From an uncultured delta proteobacterium (GTDB lineage: Bacteria > Desulfobacterota > Binatia > Binatales > Binataceae), in assembly GCA_963711565.1 (NCBI GenBank), contig CAVQEQ010000001.1:96001-160000 (forward strand): a stretch of DNA of 64,000 nt. Reading direction: 5' to 3'. The number at the start of each line of letters is the position of its first letter. Position 1 is the stretch's first letter. Below the pieces are notes generated by a model. That model searched no databases. It was given only the letters and a program-made list of their open reading frames with translations, and had not been told where the DNA came from. A program made the translations under genes and the position numbers. Positions 1 to 9,913 of this stretch are shown here, one piece after another.

Positions 1-51
1 GAACGATCCGCTCGGCGCATAGCCGCGGAATAACTGCTTGCGGCCCGGCGT

Positions 52-1110
52 TCACATTTTTCCAGCCGAGGTCTTCAGACGGCCGCGATCCTTGTACTCA
101 ACCAGCTTGTACACGAAGTCCGCCGATGGCGCGTCGTCGCTGACGGCGAGCGCCGTGCCGACCCCGAACGCGTCGATCGGTGCGCCGCCGTTGACCAGTT
201 CCGCGATTCGGTATTCGTCGAGGTTGCCGCTCGCGACGATCGCGATATCGCCGAAGCCCGCCTGGTCGAGAATCCGGCGCGCCTTGCGGCTCAGCTCGTC
301 GAGATTGCCGCTATCCAGCCGCACGCCCTGGATTTTCACCCCCGCCTCGCGAACTCGCGCACCGGCCACAGCCGCGTTGTTGACACCGCGGATAGTGTCG
401 TAGGTGTCAACCAGCAGCGTGCTGAGGGTCGGGAAACTCGCGACGAAATCGCCGAACGCGTCGCGCTCGCTTTCATGCGCCATCACGAAGCTGTGACTCA
501 TCGTGCCGAACACGGGAATGCCGTAGCGCTTGCCGGCGAGCACGTTGGCGGTGCCGTGAAAGCCCGCCATGTAACTCGAGCGCGCCGCGATGAGCGACGC
601 ATCCGCACCCTGTGCGCGACGCGGACCGAAGTCCACCAAACGCCTGCCGCCGGCGACGGCGAAGCATCGCGCCGCCTTGGTCGCGACGATCGAAGCGAAT
701 CCCAGCTGGTTGAGCGCCAGCGTTTCGATCAGCTGGGCCTCGATCAGCGGCGCGCGGATTTCGGCGATCGGCTCGCCGGGGAAATAAATCGTGCCTTCGG
801 GCAGCGCGCGGATCGAACCGGTGAATCTTAGCTTCGACAGAAATTCGAGAAACGCCGGCTTGAAGAGTTGCAGCGATTCGAGATGCTCGATCGCGCCCGC
901 GTCGAACCGATATTCCTCGAGCGCCTCGATCAGCCGTTCGATACCCGCCGCGATCATGAAGCCGCGCCCCGGCGGCATCCGGCGCATCGCGACTTCGAAC
1001 GACGCCGTGTCGTTGAAGCCGTGCTCGAAGAACGCCGCGCCGACCGTCAACTCGTAGAGATCGGTCAACAGCGCAACCTCCGCGGGGTCGAGTCGGAGAT
1101 CTATCGGCAT
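52..1110 (-). CDS. pncB: Nicotinate phosphoribosyltransferase, interrupted by an in-frame TGA at 52-54; the frame continues to the window edge
   Basis: Motifs LLTDLYELT, DFGPRRAQG, GTMSHSFV, LVDTYDT, GVRLDSG, ASGNLDE. After the TGA the same frame reads TPGRKQLFRGY, the usual PncB continuation. Confidence 0.9.
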   Translation of the reverse strand: MPIDLRLDPAEVALLTDLYELTVGAAFFEHGFNDTASFEVAMRRMPPGRGFMIAAGIERLIEALEEYRFDAGAIEHLESLQLFKPAFLEFLSKLRFTGSIRALPEGTIYFPGEPIAEIRAPLIEAQLIETLALNQLGFASIVATKAARCFAVAGGRRLVDFGPRRAQGADASLIAARSSYMAGFHGTANVLAGKRYGIPVFGTMSHSFVMAHESERDAFGDFVASFPTLSTLLVDTYDTIRGVNNAAVAGARVREAGVKIQGVRLDSGNLDELSRKARRILDQAGFGDIAIVASGNLDEYRIAELVNGGAPIDAFGVGTALAVSDDAPSADFVYKLVEYKDRGRLKTSAGKM

Positions 1111-1155
1111 CCGGCGTGTCTCCTTCTCATCCTCAAGGAAAGCGCCGCGGCCCTG

Positions 1156-3675
1156 TCAGCGCGGAGGCTCCGGCGGCGCGGGCGGTTTGGGTGCGGGCGT
1201 ATTCGGCGCAGGCTCCTGCACGACGCGAGTTTCGCCGAGCGGACGATCGCGTAGGATGTTCGCCATGTTCTTGAGCCGCTGATCGACGAGATAGTTAATT
1301 GTTCCGGGCTGGTCGATCGTCCCCGCGCGCACGCCGGTCAAAGTCTCGATGCCGCGATCGATTGTATCGATCGGGTAGATGTGAAATTCGCCGCGCTCGA
1401 TTGCGCCTGTGGTTTCCGGATCGAGCATCAGGTTCGACACGTTCGTGCGCGGCACCATCACGCCCTGCGTCCCGGTTAGGCCAATCGCCTTGCACACGCG
1501 ATAGAAGCCCTCGACCTTCTGATTGACACCGCCAATCGCCTGCACGGTGCCGTATTGATCGACCGATCCCGTCACCGCGAGATCCTGCCGAAGCGGCACG
1601 CCCGACAGCGCCGACAGCAGCGCGTAGAGCTCAGTCGAGCTGGCGCTGTCGCCGTCGATTCCCGAGTACGATTGCTCGAAGCAGATGCTCGCCGACATCG
1701 CGATCGGATGCTGCTGGCCGAAGCGCGCGCGCAGAAATCCGCTCAGGATCATGATGCCCTTGTCGTGCGTCGATCCCGACATCCGCGCCTCGCGCTCGAT
1801 GTTGATCACGCCCGCCTGCCCGAGCGCGACGGTCGCCGTCACGCGCGACGGCCGGCCGAAGCTGTAGCCGCCGACATCCAGCACAGCCAGGCCGTTGATC
1901 TGTCCAACGCTGGTGCCGCGAATATTTACGATGAGCGTGCCTTCCGCGATCAGCCTGCGGATTTCTTCTTCGATAAAATTGAGCCGCAGCATCCGCTCGC
2001 CGAGCGCCCGCTCGACGTGCGCCGCCGTCACGCGCTGCGCCGTCTCGTTGCGGGCGAAATACGCTGACTCACGCGCGAGGTCGTCGATCGGCTCCAGCAT
2101 CGCCAGCACGCGCGATCTGTCGCCCGCCATCCGCATGCCGAATTCCACGATCTTCGCCAGCGCGCCCGCCTCGAACGGCGGCAGATTCTCCCTGCGCGCC
2201 AGCGCGCCCACCCGCGCCGCATAATGCGCCGCCGCGGCGCCGTCAGCCGCCACCGACGGCCGCGTCTCGGCCTTCACTTTGAACAGCTCCGCAAAGTCCG
2301 GATCGTAAAAATAGAGCATGTTGTAAAGGTACGCGCCGCCCAGCGTCACGACCTTGTTGTGAATCTCGATCGGCTCCGGCTTCAGTCCGCTCATCGAGAA
2401 AAACGGCAGCGGCTCGAAAGTCTCGAGCGTCATCCGCCCCGACTTGAGACTGCGCTTGAGCGTCTTCCAGACCCCGGGCTCGACCACCGCGTCCTCGAGA
2501 TCGAAGACCAGGAAACCGCCGTGCGATTTCAGGAACGATCCGCCGATGATGCGCGTGAAGTTGGTCCCCGACCGCCCCAGCGGATCGATCCACCGCTCGA
2601 TCGTGCCGAACAGGTTGCGGTACGTCGGCGCGTCCTCGAGCACCACCGGCGCCCCGCGCGTCGCCGAGTTATCGACCATCACGTTGACCTGGTAGTCGAA
2701 CCATCGCGCGCCCTCGTCGATTCCCTGCGGTCTTTGCCCCTGCTCAGCCGGCGCCTGCTCGCGGAAACGATCGAGATTGCCGAGCATGTGCTCCGCTACC
2801 TCGTCGAGGTATTTGTTGACGGCGGGATTATTAAAGTGATGCTTTAAGTCTTCCGCGGACGGCGTGATCAGCCGCGCGGCGAACGCGCGTTCGATCGCGC
2901 GGATGTCGTCGATCAGCTCGCGCATCATCTCCTGCTGCCGCAGCGTCAACGTCGCCAGCTCGTCCTGCAGTTCGCCCTGCGCCTTCGCCAGTTGCTCGCG
3001 CTCGGCGTCGGTCTTCGCCGCCATCGCCTTGTTGAGCGCGTCGGGCGACTCGGGCATCTTGCCGTCGATCAGGGGAATGAAAATCACCTGGCCGTTCGGC
3101 GCACTCTGGACCGCGAAGCCGCGCTCGCGCGCCCGCGTCTTGAGATTGCCGAACAGTTCCTGCGCCCGCTTGTTGTACTTGTCGCGCAGCGCGGCGCGCT
3201 CCTGATCGAAGTCCTCACGCCGAAACGCCTTCGGCAATTGCTCGAGCACGAACGCGACCAGCTCCGCCATCTTGGCGCGCAGCTCGACGCCCTGGCCCGG
3301 CCGCAGGTAGATCGCCACCGGAGATTCAGGATTGCGAAAATTGTTTACGTAGACCCAATCGCCGGGCGTCGGCATCGTCGCAGCCTTTTCGTTGAGGAGG
3401 CGCAGGATCGATTCGCGCTCGGGCCGCGATCGCAAGCCGCTTACGAAAACATTGTAACCGGGCGCGTCGATTCCGATCGCGAGCCGTATCGCGTCGAGCG
3501 CGCGGCTCTGCCCGAACAGCTCGGCGTCGCCGTCGCCGGCCGCCGCGCGCTCCAGCGAGACCGCATCGAGCGGCACCGGTGCCTTGAGTTCTGAAGCGGC
3601 AAGCTCCGTCGGCGGTGGTACGTGAATCAGCGCGGCGCTGGCGTCGGTAGCGATGGGGTCGCCCTTGTCAGTCAT
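1156..3675 (-). CDS. Lon-like protease (LonC/AAA_32 type, S16 protease domain)
   Basis: FGQSRALDAI, APTYRNLFGTIE, GQINGLAV, catalytic Ser in FEQSYSGIDGDSASS and Lys in GGVNQKVEG; central coiled-coil insertion. Confidence 0.9.
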   Translation of the reverse strand: MTDKGDPIATDASAALIHVPPPTELAASELKAPVPLDAVSLERAAAGDGDAELFGQSRALDAIRLAIGIDAPGYNVFVSGLRSRPERESILRLLNEKAATMPTPGDWVYVNNFRNPESPVAIYLRPGQGVELRAKMAELVAFVLEQLPKAFRREDFDQERAALRDKYNKRAQELFGNLKTRARERGFAVQSAPNGQVIFIPLIDGKMPESPDALNKAMAAKTDAEREQLAKAQGELQDELATLTLRQQEMMRELIDDIRAIERAFAARLITPSAEDLKHHFNNPAVNKYLDEVAEHMLGNLDRFREQAPAEQGQRPQGIDEGARWFDYQVNVMVDNSATRGAPVVLEDAPTYRNLFGTIERWIDPLGRSGTNFTRIIGGSFLKSHGGFLVFDLEDAVVEPGVWKTLKRSLKSGRMTLETFEPLPFFSMSGLKPEPIEIHNKVVTLGGAYLYNMLYFYDPDFAELFKVKAETRPSVAADGAAAAHYAARVGALARRENLPPFEAGALAKIVEFGMRMAGDRSRVLAMLEPIDDLARESAYFARNETAQRVTAAHVERALGERMLRLNFIEEEIRRLIAEGTLIVNIRGTSVGQINGLAVLDVGGYSFGRPSRVTATVALGQAGVINIEREARMSGSTHDKGIMILSGFLRARFGQQHPIAMSASICFEQSYSGIDGDSASSTELYALLSALSGVPLRQDLAVTGSVDQYGTVQAIGGVNQKVEGFYRVCKAIGLTGTQGVMVPRTNVSNLMLDPETTGAIERGEFHIYPIDTIDRGIETLTGVRAGTIDQPGTINYLVDQRLKNMANILRDRPLGETRVVQEPAPNTPAPKPPAPPEPPR

Positions 3676-3702
3676 ATTGCTAACGGCATTCGCGGCGCGC
3701 GA

Positions 3703-4077
3703 CTACGAAGCCTTGAGCGCGATTCGCCGGCCTTTCTTCTTCGGCAGCGTAATGACGAGCGTGCCCTCCAACCATTTGCCGGTCGAAGCTTCGCCGTCTA
3801 TCGACTCCGAAAACCCAAACGAACTATCCAGCATTCCGCCGAATTTGTCCGGCACCCGAACCGCCAGCCGCTGGCCCGAGACTTCCGCGTGGATCTTCGC
3901 CGGATCGACGCCGACCGCCGCGACGCGCACTTCGTAACGATCGGGAAGGTCGATGACCTGCGCGCGTTCGAACTCGAGTGCGGACGTTCCGCCCTTCCAG
4001 CGGTCGATCAACATTTCGTCGAAGAACTCGTCGAAGGCGCGCTCGAAGTCTGCAATCAATCCGCGGCCGGTTGCCAT
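3703..4077 (-). CDS. Small heat-shock protein (Hsp20/alpha-crystallin-like, divergent)
   Basis: N-terminal FERAFDEFF and C-terminal GTLVITLPKK...RRIAL; ATG at 4077. Confidence 0.75.
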   Translation of the reverse strand: MATGRGLIADFERAFDEFFDEMLIDRWKGGTSALEFERAQVIDLPDRYEVRVAAVGVDPAKIHAEVSGQRLAVRVPDKFGGMLDSSFGFSESIDGEASTGKWLEGTLVITLPKKKGRRIALKAS

Positions 4078-4164
4078 AACGTCCCAGTTTCCCACGATTT
4101 CGCGCTAATTGTAATGCAGCCCTACGACGCCGGTCGAGTCCGCGCGCGCGCCTCAAACCGTCCC

Positions 4165-4194
4165 TTGCCACGATTGCCATCGCGGCGTTATGGT
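4165..4194 (+). promoter_or_regulatory. Candidate sigma70 promoter of the usp gene (possibly leaderless mRNA)
   Basis: TTGCCA-N18-TATGGT ending 6 nt before the GTG start; no Shine-Dalgarno visible. Confidence 0.4.
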
Positions 4195-4200
4195 TCGTGT

Positions 4201-4689
4201 GTGCCAACTTTTTCAAAAATTGTCGCCGCCACCGATTTCTCCGAAGATTCAAGCCTCGCGCTGACCTACGCCCAGGAGCTCGCGCTCAAGTTCTCCGCCG
4301 AGGTTGTGCTGCTGCATGTCGATCAGCCGCTCGCACCCGTAATGATGACGCCGGAGCTGGGGCCCTCGATGGATGTGGGTGCGATGGGCCGCATCGCCGA
4401 AGAGCAGCGGATGCTCGCGCAGAAGGAGCTCGACAAAATCGCGGGCGCTCTGCGCGGTGCCGGCCTCAAGGTCAAGGTCCAGCTCAAGGTTGGTTCACCG
4501 TTCCTGGAAATTCTGCACACGGCTCAGAACGAGAACGCCGATCTGATCGTGCTCGGCACTCACGGACGCACCGGATTGGCGCATGTCCTGATGGGCAGCG
4601 TTGCCGAGCGCGTCGTGCAAAAAGCCCATTGCCCGGTGCTCACGATTCGCCACCCCGACCGCAAGTTCAAGCACCCGCTGGACAAGTAG
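4201..4689 (+). CDS. Universal stress protein (UspA family)
   Basis: KIVAATDFS, LLHV, DLIVLGTHGRTG, GSVAERVVQKAHCPVL; real start is GTG 4201 inside the longer ORF. Confidence 0.92.
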   Translation: MPTFSKIVAATDFSEDSSLALTYAQELALKFSAEVVLLHVDQPLAPVMMTPELGPSMDVGAMGRIAEEQRMLAQKELDKIAGALRGAGLKVKVQLKVGSPFLEILHTAQNENADLIVLGTHGRTGLAHVLMGSVAERVVQKAHCPVLTIRHPDRKFKHPLDK

Positions 4690-4693
4690 CCGC

Positions 4694-5644
4694 TCAGCTC
4701 TCCGCGATCAGCTCCTCGGAGACCGACCACAGTTGTCGCGCATGGCTGGCGTCGAGCGCGTACGGCATGACGCCGGAGAACGGACTGTCCCTCGACCACG
4801 GTTTCGCAACCGAGCAGTCCTCGAGATAGCGCCCGCCAACGCCTTCGAGCTCTGAAGCAACCGCCGCCCAGATCGAGGTCGCCGCTCCCTGCTCGGTGCT
4901 CTTGAACCGCGGATTCACCGTGCCCGATTCGTCGATCCAGCCCATCTTGATTTGCTCTTCGCGCGAAACATACTTCTGCAACCCGCTCATGATGCCCCCG
5001 GGATGCACCGCGTTTGCGACAATGCTGTCTGCGCGAAGACGTTCTGTCGCCCCAACTGCGAATAACACGTTGGCCGTCTTCGATTGGCCGTACGCATCCC
5101 AGGGATCGTAGGGACGCCTGTGAAAATTGAGATCGTCGAAGTGCACGTCCGAGAGGCGATGCCCGATCGAAGTCAATTCAACGATGCGCGCCTTGTCCGC
5201 TGCTTTGAGTGCCGGCAGCAGGCCTGTGGTCAGCGCGAAATGCCCGAGGTGATTGGTTCCGAATTGAGATTCGAAGCCATCCGCGGTGTAGGCGAGCGGC
5301 GTCGCCATAATTCCCGCGTTGTTGATCAGAATGTGGAGCTTGCGCTTGAGCTTGAGATACTCCGCAACGAATGCACGCACAGATGCAAGAGAAGCCAAAT
5401 CAAGCGCGCGAAACTCGATCGAGTCGCGGGCGGTTTCCTTTCGTAGTGTCGCGGCTACCGAATCGCCCTTCGCGCGATCCCGCGTCGCCAGCACAACTCT
5501 TGCGCCCGCGACCGCCAGCGCGCGCACGGTCTCAACGCCAATCCCCGAGGCACCGCCAGTGACGATCGCGTCGCGCCCGCTCAAGTCATGACCCGCAATC
5601 ACCTCTAGCGCCGTGGACTTCGCGCCAAACTTCTTCTCCGCCAT
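4694..5644 (-). CDS. SDR oxidoreductase (retinol dehydrogenase/WWOX-like)
   Basis: TGGASGIG, NNAGIM, FGTNHLGHF, YGQSK; ATG at 5644. Confidence 0.9.
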   Translation of the reverse strand: MAEKKFGAKSTALEVIAGHDLSGRDAIVTGGASGIGVETVRALAVAGARVVLATRDRAKGDSVAATLRKETARDSIEFRALDLASLASVRAFVAEYLKLKRKLHILINNAGIMATPLAYTADGFESQFGTNHLGHFALTTGLLPALKAADKARIVELTSIGHRLSDVHFDDLNFHRRPYDPWDAYGQSKTANVLFAVGATERLRADSIVANAVHPGGIMSGLQKYVSREEQIKMGWIDESGTVNPRFKSTEQGAATSIWAAVASELEGVGGRYLEDCSVAKPWSRDSPFSGVMPYALDASHARQLWSVSEELIAES

Positions 5645-5655
5645 TGCTCGCCTCC

Positions 5656-6474
5656 CTACTTGCCCGTGAACTTCGGCGCGCGCTTCTCGACGAACGCTTT
5701 CACGCCCTCTTTGAAATCTTCCGAATGCGTCATCATCTCCATCGACGTGTCGTCGTCGCGCACCGCCGTGGCGAGGTCGGTGAACAGATGCTGGTAGATC
5801 ATCTTCTTCGCCTGTGCGACTCCCAGCGGCGAGCACTTAGTCGCGATGCTCGATGCGATCTCGCGCGCCGTGGCCATCAGCTTGTCCTGCGGCACGACGC
5901 GACTCACCAGCCCAATCTCGAGCGCCTCGTTCGCATCGACCAGCCTGCCCGTAAGCGCCAGTTCCGTCGCGCGCGCCAGGCCGACAATTCGCGGCAGCAT
6001 CCAACTGCTGCCGTGCTCAATCGCGAGTCCGCGCTGCGTGAAGATCAATCCCATCCGCGCGTTATCTGATGCGATCCGGATGTCCTGGTAGAGACACGTC
6101 GTGAAACCAAGGCCTACGCACGCACCGTTGATCGCGCCAATCACCGGCGTGTTGAGCGCCAGCGGCCACGAGTACGACGTGCGATAGTTGACGCGCTGCG
6201 CAGCCAGCCATTCATCCGGCGCGTCCGCAGGCCGCGCTCCCGCGTGCCCCGCGGCGATATTCGACAGCCCGCCCATGTCGGCGCCCGCGCAGTACGCTCG
6301 TCCCGCGCCGGTCACGATCATCGCGCCGATTCCCGGGTCGCGCTCGGCGTCGAGCATCGCCGTCCGCATCTCCGAGCCCATCTTCGGCGTCCACGCGTTC
6401 ATCTTCTCCGGCCGGTTCATCGTGACGGTGGCCACGCGATCCTTCTTGTCGTAAATGATTTCGGCGAAATCCAT
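5656..6474 (-). CDS. Enoyl-CoA hydratase/isomerase family protein
   Basis: MNRPEKMNA, AYCAGADM, AINGACVG, SEDFKEGVKAFVEKRAPKF. Confidence 0.92.
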   Translation of the reverse strand: MDFAEIIYDKKDRVATVTMNRPEKMNAWTPKMGSEMRTAMLDAERDPGIGAMIVTGAGRAYCAGADMGGLSNIAAGHAGARPADAPDEWLAAQRVNYRTSYSWPLALNTPVIGAINGACVGLGFTTCLYQDIRIASDNARMGLIFTQRGLAIEHGSSWMLPRIVGLARATELALTGRLVDANEALEIGLVSRVVPQDKLMATAREIASSIATKCSPLGVAQAKKMIYQHLFTDLATAVRDDDTSMEMMTHSEDFKEGVKAFVEKRAPKFTGK

Positions 6475-6654
6475 TTTGTACCTCCGAGTCTCTGGTCCTT
6501 CGCCCGCCACTTTAGGCGAGATGAGGCCGGACGGGTAGTTGAGAGTGTCGGGGTGTTATCGAGTCGTTGGACTCGCCACGGCTAAATGTTTTCGGCGCGG
6601 CGATCTGAGACCGCCGCGCCGAAATTGTGAGCGCCGACTGTTCGCGAACACGCC

Positions 6655-8838
6655 TTACAAGATGAACAGCATCTCCTGGTATGTCGCCAGCGGCCACAAA
6701 TCATCGGCGACCATGCCCTCCAGCTGGTCCGCCGTCTTCCTTATCGCCAACATCGCGGGCAGCACCGCGTTGCACAGATGCTTGGCGTGATCGAGCTTGC
6801 TATGACCTCCGCCCTCGGCCAGCATCCCCTCGAGCTTCACGATTCCATCCTGCAGGTCCTTCACGAGCACGGTCACTTTGTCGAGCGTGTCGGTATCGAA
6901 CACGTAGCCGACCGCCTTCAGATGCGCGCAGGTCTGCGCCAACTCGCCTTGATAGCGGATCGCCGCCGGGAAGATGATCGTCTTGGCCATTTCGATAACG
7001 GTCCGCGCCTCGAGTCCTACCACCAGGCAGTATTGCTCAAGGTCCACATCCATCCGGCCATGCGTCTCGCGCTCGGTCAGCACGCCGTACTTAGCAAAGA
7101 GCTCGGTCGCCTCTTTGCCTCCGAGCAGCGGAAGCGCCTCCACGCACGAGCGCAGGTTGGGCAGGCCGCGGCTATCCGCCTCCTTGTGCCATGCTTCCGA
7201 GTAGCCGTTGCCGTTGTAAATGACGCTGCCGTTCTCGGCCATGATCTCTTCGAGCACCTTCTGGATGGCGCCATTGAGTTTAGACGGATCGTCACCGACG
7301 GCTTTTTCGAGCTTGGTTGCTACAACGTCGAGCGACTCTGCGACGATCGTATTCATCATTGTCATCGGCCCGGCGATCGCCTGGCTGGATCCGACTGCGC
7401 GGAATTCGAAACGGTTGCCGGTGAAGGCAAACGGACTCGTACGATTTCGATCGCCGGCGTCCTTCGGAATGACGGGCAGTGAGTCGACGCCGACCTTCAG
7501 CGTTTCCCCGCCTTTTGAACTCTTGGCTCCGCCCTTGGTCACCTGCTCAAAGATGTCGTTGAGCTGCTCACCCAGGAAGACCGAAATAATCGCAGGCGGG
7601 GCTTCGTTGGCACCCAGCCGATGGTCATTCGAGGCGGACGCGACCACGGCGCGCAGCAGCCCGGACCATCGATGGACCGCGCGGATGACCGCCGCGCAAA
7701 AAACCAGGAACTGCGCGTTGGCGTGCGGATTGTCGCCCGGATCGAGCAGGTTGCCCTGGGTCGCATTCCCCAGCGAGAAATTCACATGCTTGCCCGATCC
7801 GTTGACGCCCGCAAACGGCTTCTCGTGCAGCAGGCACGTCATCCCATACATCTCGGCCACCCGCTTCAGCGTGAACATCGTCAACTGCTGATGGTCGGCC
7901 GCGACGTTACCGTTCTCGAAGACCGGCGCCAACTCGAACTGCCCCGGCGCCACCTCGTTGTGCCGCGTCTTCGCCGGAATCCCGAGCTTGAACAGCTCGC
8001 GCTCGGCCTCGTGCATAAAGGCGAGCACGCGATCGGGAATCGCGCCGAGGTAATGATCCTCGAACTCCTGGCCCTTGGGCGGCAGCGCTCCGAACAACGT
8101 TCGTCCGGTGGCGAGCAAGTCCGGCCGCGAGAAGTAGAAATGCCGGTCGATTAGGAAATATTCCTGCTCGCAGCCGGCGTAGGAGACGACCTTGGCGGGG
8201 TTGACGTGCCCGAACAGTTTTAGAATTCGTTGCGCGTGCGTATTCAGCGCCTGCATCGAGCGCAGCAGCGGGGTCTTTTTGTCGAGCGCTTCGCCGGTCC
8301 ACGAGACGAAGGCGGTGGGAATGCACAGCGTCCTGCCGTTGGGGTTCTCCAGGATATAGGCGGGACTCGTGACGTCCCACATCGTGTAGCCGCGCGCCTC
8401 GAACGTGTTGCGCATGCCGCCGTTGGGGAAGCTCGACGCGTCGGGCTCACCCTGGGTAAGAGTCTTGCCTGAAAATTCGGCGATCGCGCCGCCGTCACCG
8501 TCGGGCGACAGAAAGCTGTCGTGTTTCTCGGCGGTGAACCCGGTTAGCGGATAAAACACATGCGTATAATGCGTGGCGCCTTTGGATATCGCCCAGTCTC
8601 TCATCGCCGCCGCGACCACATCCGCAATAGCCGAGTCGAGGTGCGATCCGGTCTCGATCGTTTTGATCAGCGACTTGAATACCGGCTTCGGCAGCCGCTC
8701 CTTCATCGCCGACTTGCCGAAGACATTCGAGCCGTACAATTCGCTGGCCGAAACGTTCGCAAATGAAAGTGGCGCTGAGGTGGGACGATAAGTCGTAACG
8801 GCCTCGATAGCCTGTAAACGTGCCGAGCTTCCGCTCAA
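6655..8838 (-). CDS. glnA: Glutamine synthetase type III
   Basis: [90 protein letters not shown]; TTG start at 8838 after a GGAGG RBS. Confidence 0.95.
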   Translation of the reverse strand: MSGSSARLQAIEAVTTYRPTSAPLSFANVSASELYGSNVFGKSAMKERLPKPVFKSLIKTIETGSHLDSAIADVVAAAMRDWAISKGATHYTHVFYPLTGFTAEKHDSFLSPDGDGGAIAEFSGKTLTQGEPDASSFPNGGMRNTFEARGYTMWDVTSPAYILENPNGRTLCIPTAFVSWTGEALDKKTPLLRSMQALNTHAQRILKLFGHVNPAKVVSYAGCEQEYFLIDRHFYFSRPDLLATGRTLFGALPPKGQEFEDHYLGAIPDRVLAFMHEAERELFKLGIPAKTRHNEVAPGQFELAPVFENGNVAADHQQLTMFTLKRVAEMYGMTCLLHEKPFAGVNGSGKHVNFSLGNATQGNLLDPGDNPHANAQFLVFCAAVIRAVHRWSGLLRAVVASASNDHRLGANEAPPAIISVFLGEQLNDIFEQVTKGGAKSSKGGETLKVGVDSLPVIPKDAGDRNRTSPFAFTGNRFEFRAVGSSQAIAGPMTMMNTIVAESLDVVATKLEKAVGDDPSKLNGAIQKVLEEIMAENGSVIYNGNGYSEAWHKEADSRGLPNLRSCVEALPLLGGKEATELFAKYGVLTERETHGRMDVDLEQYCLVVGLEARTVIEMAKTIIFPAAIRYQGELAQTCAHLKAVGYVFDTDTLDKVTVLVKDLQDGIVKLEGMLAEGGGHSKLDHAKHLCNAVLPAMLAIRKTADQLEGMVADDLWPLATYQEMLFIL

Positions 8839-8888
8839 TTTAGTGTCCTCCGAATTCTGCTTTCTCGCGAGATCAACCCAATTACCTC

Positions 8889-8904
8889 TGCAAGGACCGC
8901 GCCT
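8889..8904 (-). promoter_or_regulatory. Sigma54 (-24/-12) promoter of glnA
   Basis: Minus strand AGGCGCGGTCCTTGCA = GG-N10-GC, 50 nt upstream of the start. Confidence 0.7.
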
Positions 8905-9093
8905 CGCGCTTCGAATCGAAAGCTCAAGCAATAGCTGGATGTTCAGTTCGCTGACTCGGCACGCGATGCCTCAATATCCGACAAGATGCGCAGCAGACGG
9001 GCGATCCCTTGTGATAATTTAATTCGTTCGCAATGGTGATCAGCGCAGCGGGAACTGAACAGTGCAAAAAGCAACCACGGATCGGGGACTGAA

Positions 9094-9729
9094 GTGATCG
9101 AAGCAGTCATTTGGGATTTCGGCGGAGTCTTCACCACCTCGCCATTCGAGGCGTTCGCCCGCTATGAGAGCGAACGAGGCATACCCGTCGGCGTGATTCG
9201 CAAAATCAATTCCACCAATCACGAAAACAATGCGTGGGCGATGTTCGAGCGCTCGGCGATCGACTTTGCCGGCTTCGACGCTGCCTTCGCGGCGGAAGCC
9301 CGCATGCTCGGCTACGACATTCCCGGCCGCGACGTCGTCGCTCTTCTCGCCGGCGACTTTCGGCCCGAGATGATCGAGGCGCTGCGACGGATCAAGGCCA
9401 GGTTCAAGACCGGCTGTATCACCAACAACATGGCGGCGGATGCGTCCGGCACGACCGCATCGTCGCGCTCGATCTATTCGCGCGAGATCATGCAACTGTT
9501 CGACGCGCTGATCGAGTCCTCAAAAATCGGCATCCGCAAACCCGATCCGCGCATCTACCTGATGATGTGCGAGAAGCTCGGCGTGGCGCCCGACGCCTGC
9601 GTCTATCTCGACGACCTCGGCGGCAATCTCAAACCCGCGCGCGCGATGGGCATGACGACAATCAAAGTCGAGAGCGGACCGCAAGCAATCGCCGAACTCG
9701 AAGCCGCCACGGGAATGAAGCTGCTCTGA
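9094..9729 (+). CDS. HAD-IA family hydrolase (epoxide hydrolase N-terminal phosphatase-like)
   Basis: AVIWDFGGV, ITNN, RKPDPRIY, YLDDLGGNLKPARAMGM. Confidence 0.9.
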   Translation: MIEAVIWDFGGVFTTSPFEAFARYESERGIPVGVIRKINSTNHENNAWAMFERSAIDFAGFDAAFAAEARMLGYDIPGRDVVALLAGDFRPEMIEALRRIKARFKTGCITNNMAADASGTTASSRSIYSREIMQLFDALIESSKIGIRKPDPRIYLMMCEKLGVAPDACVYLDDLGGNLKPARAMGMTTIKVESGPQAIAELEAATGMKLL

Positions 9730-9844
9730 GGTGTACCGTCTCTGCTGTGTATCCCTCCACGACCGGTTCGTGAAAAATTTTCAGAATTCTCTGTCGAGCG
9801 GCAAAAAATACCGATAAGCTGCGGCGTTTTTGCTGCGTTTCCGT

Positions 9845-9860
9845 TGGCAGCGGTCTTGCT
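9845..9860 (+). promoter_or_regulatory. Sigma54 promoter of the 9914 gene
   Basis: TGGCAGCGGTCTTGCT, near-consensus TGGCA...TTGCT with GG-N10-GC. Confidence 0.75.
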
Positions 9861-9913
9861 CAGACTGATGAGGCTCGAAAACAGACGAGCTGAACAGCGG
9901 AGGAGACAGCATC

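Noticed and set aside
3622-4200. Long N-terminal extension of the USP ORF (355 aa)
   Set aside because: It is the antisense shadow of the Hsp20 gene; USP similarity starts at GTG 4201.
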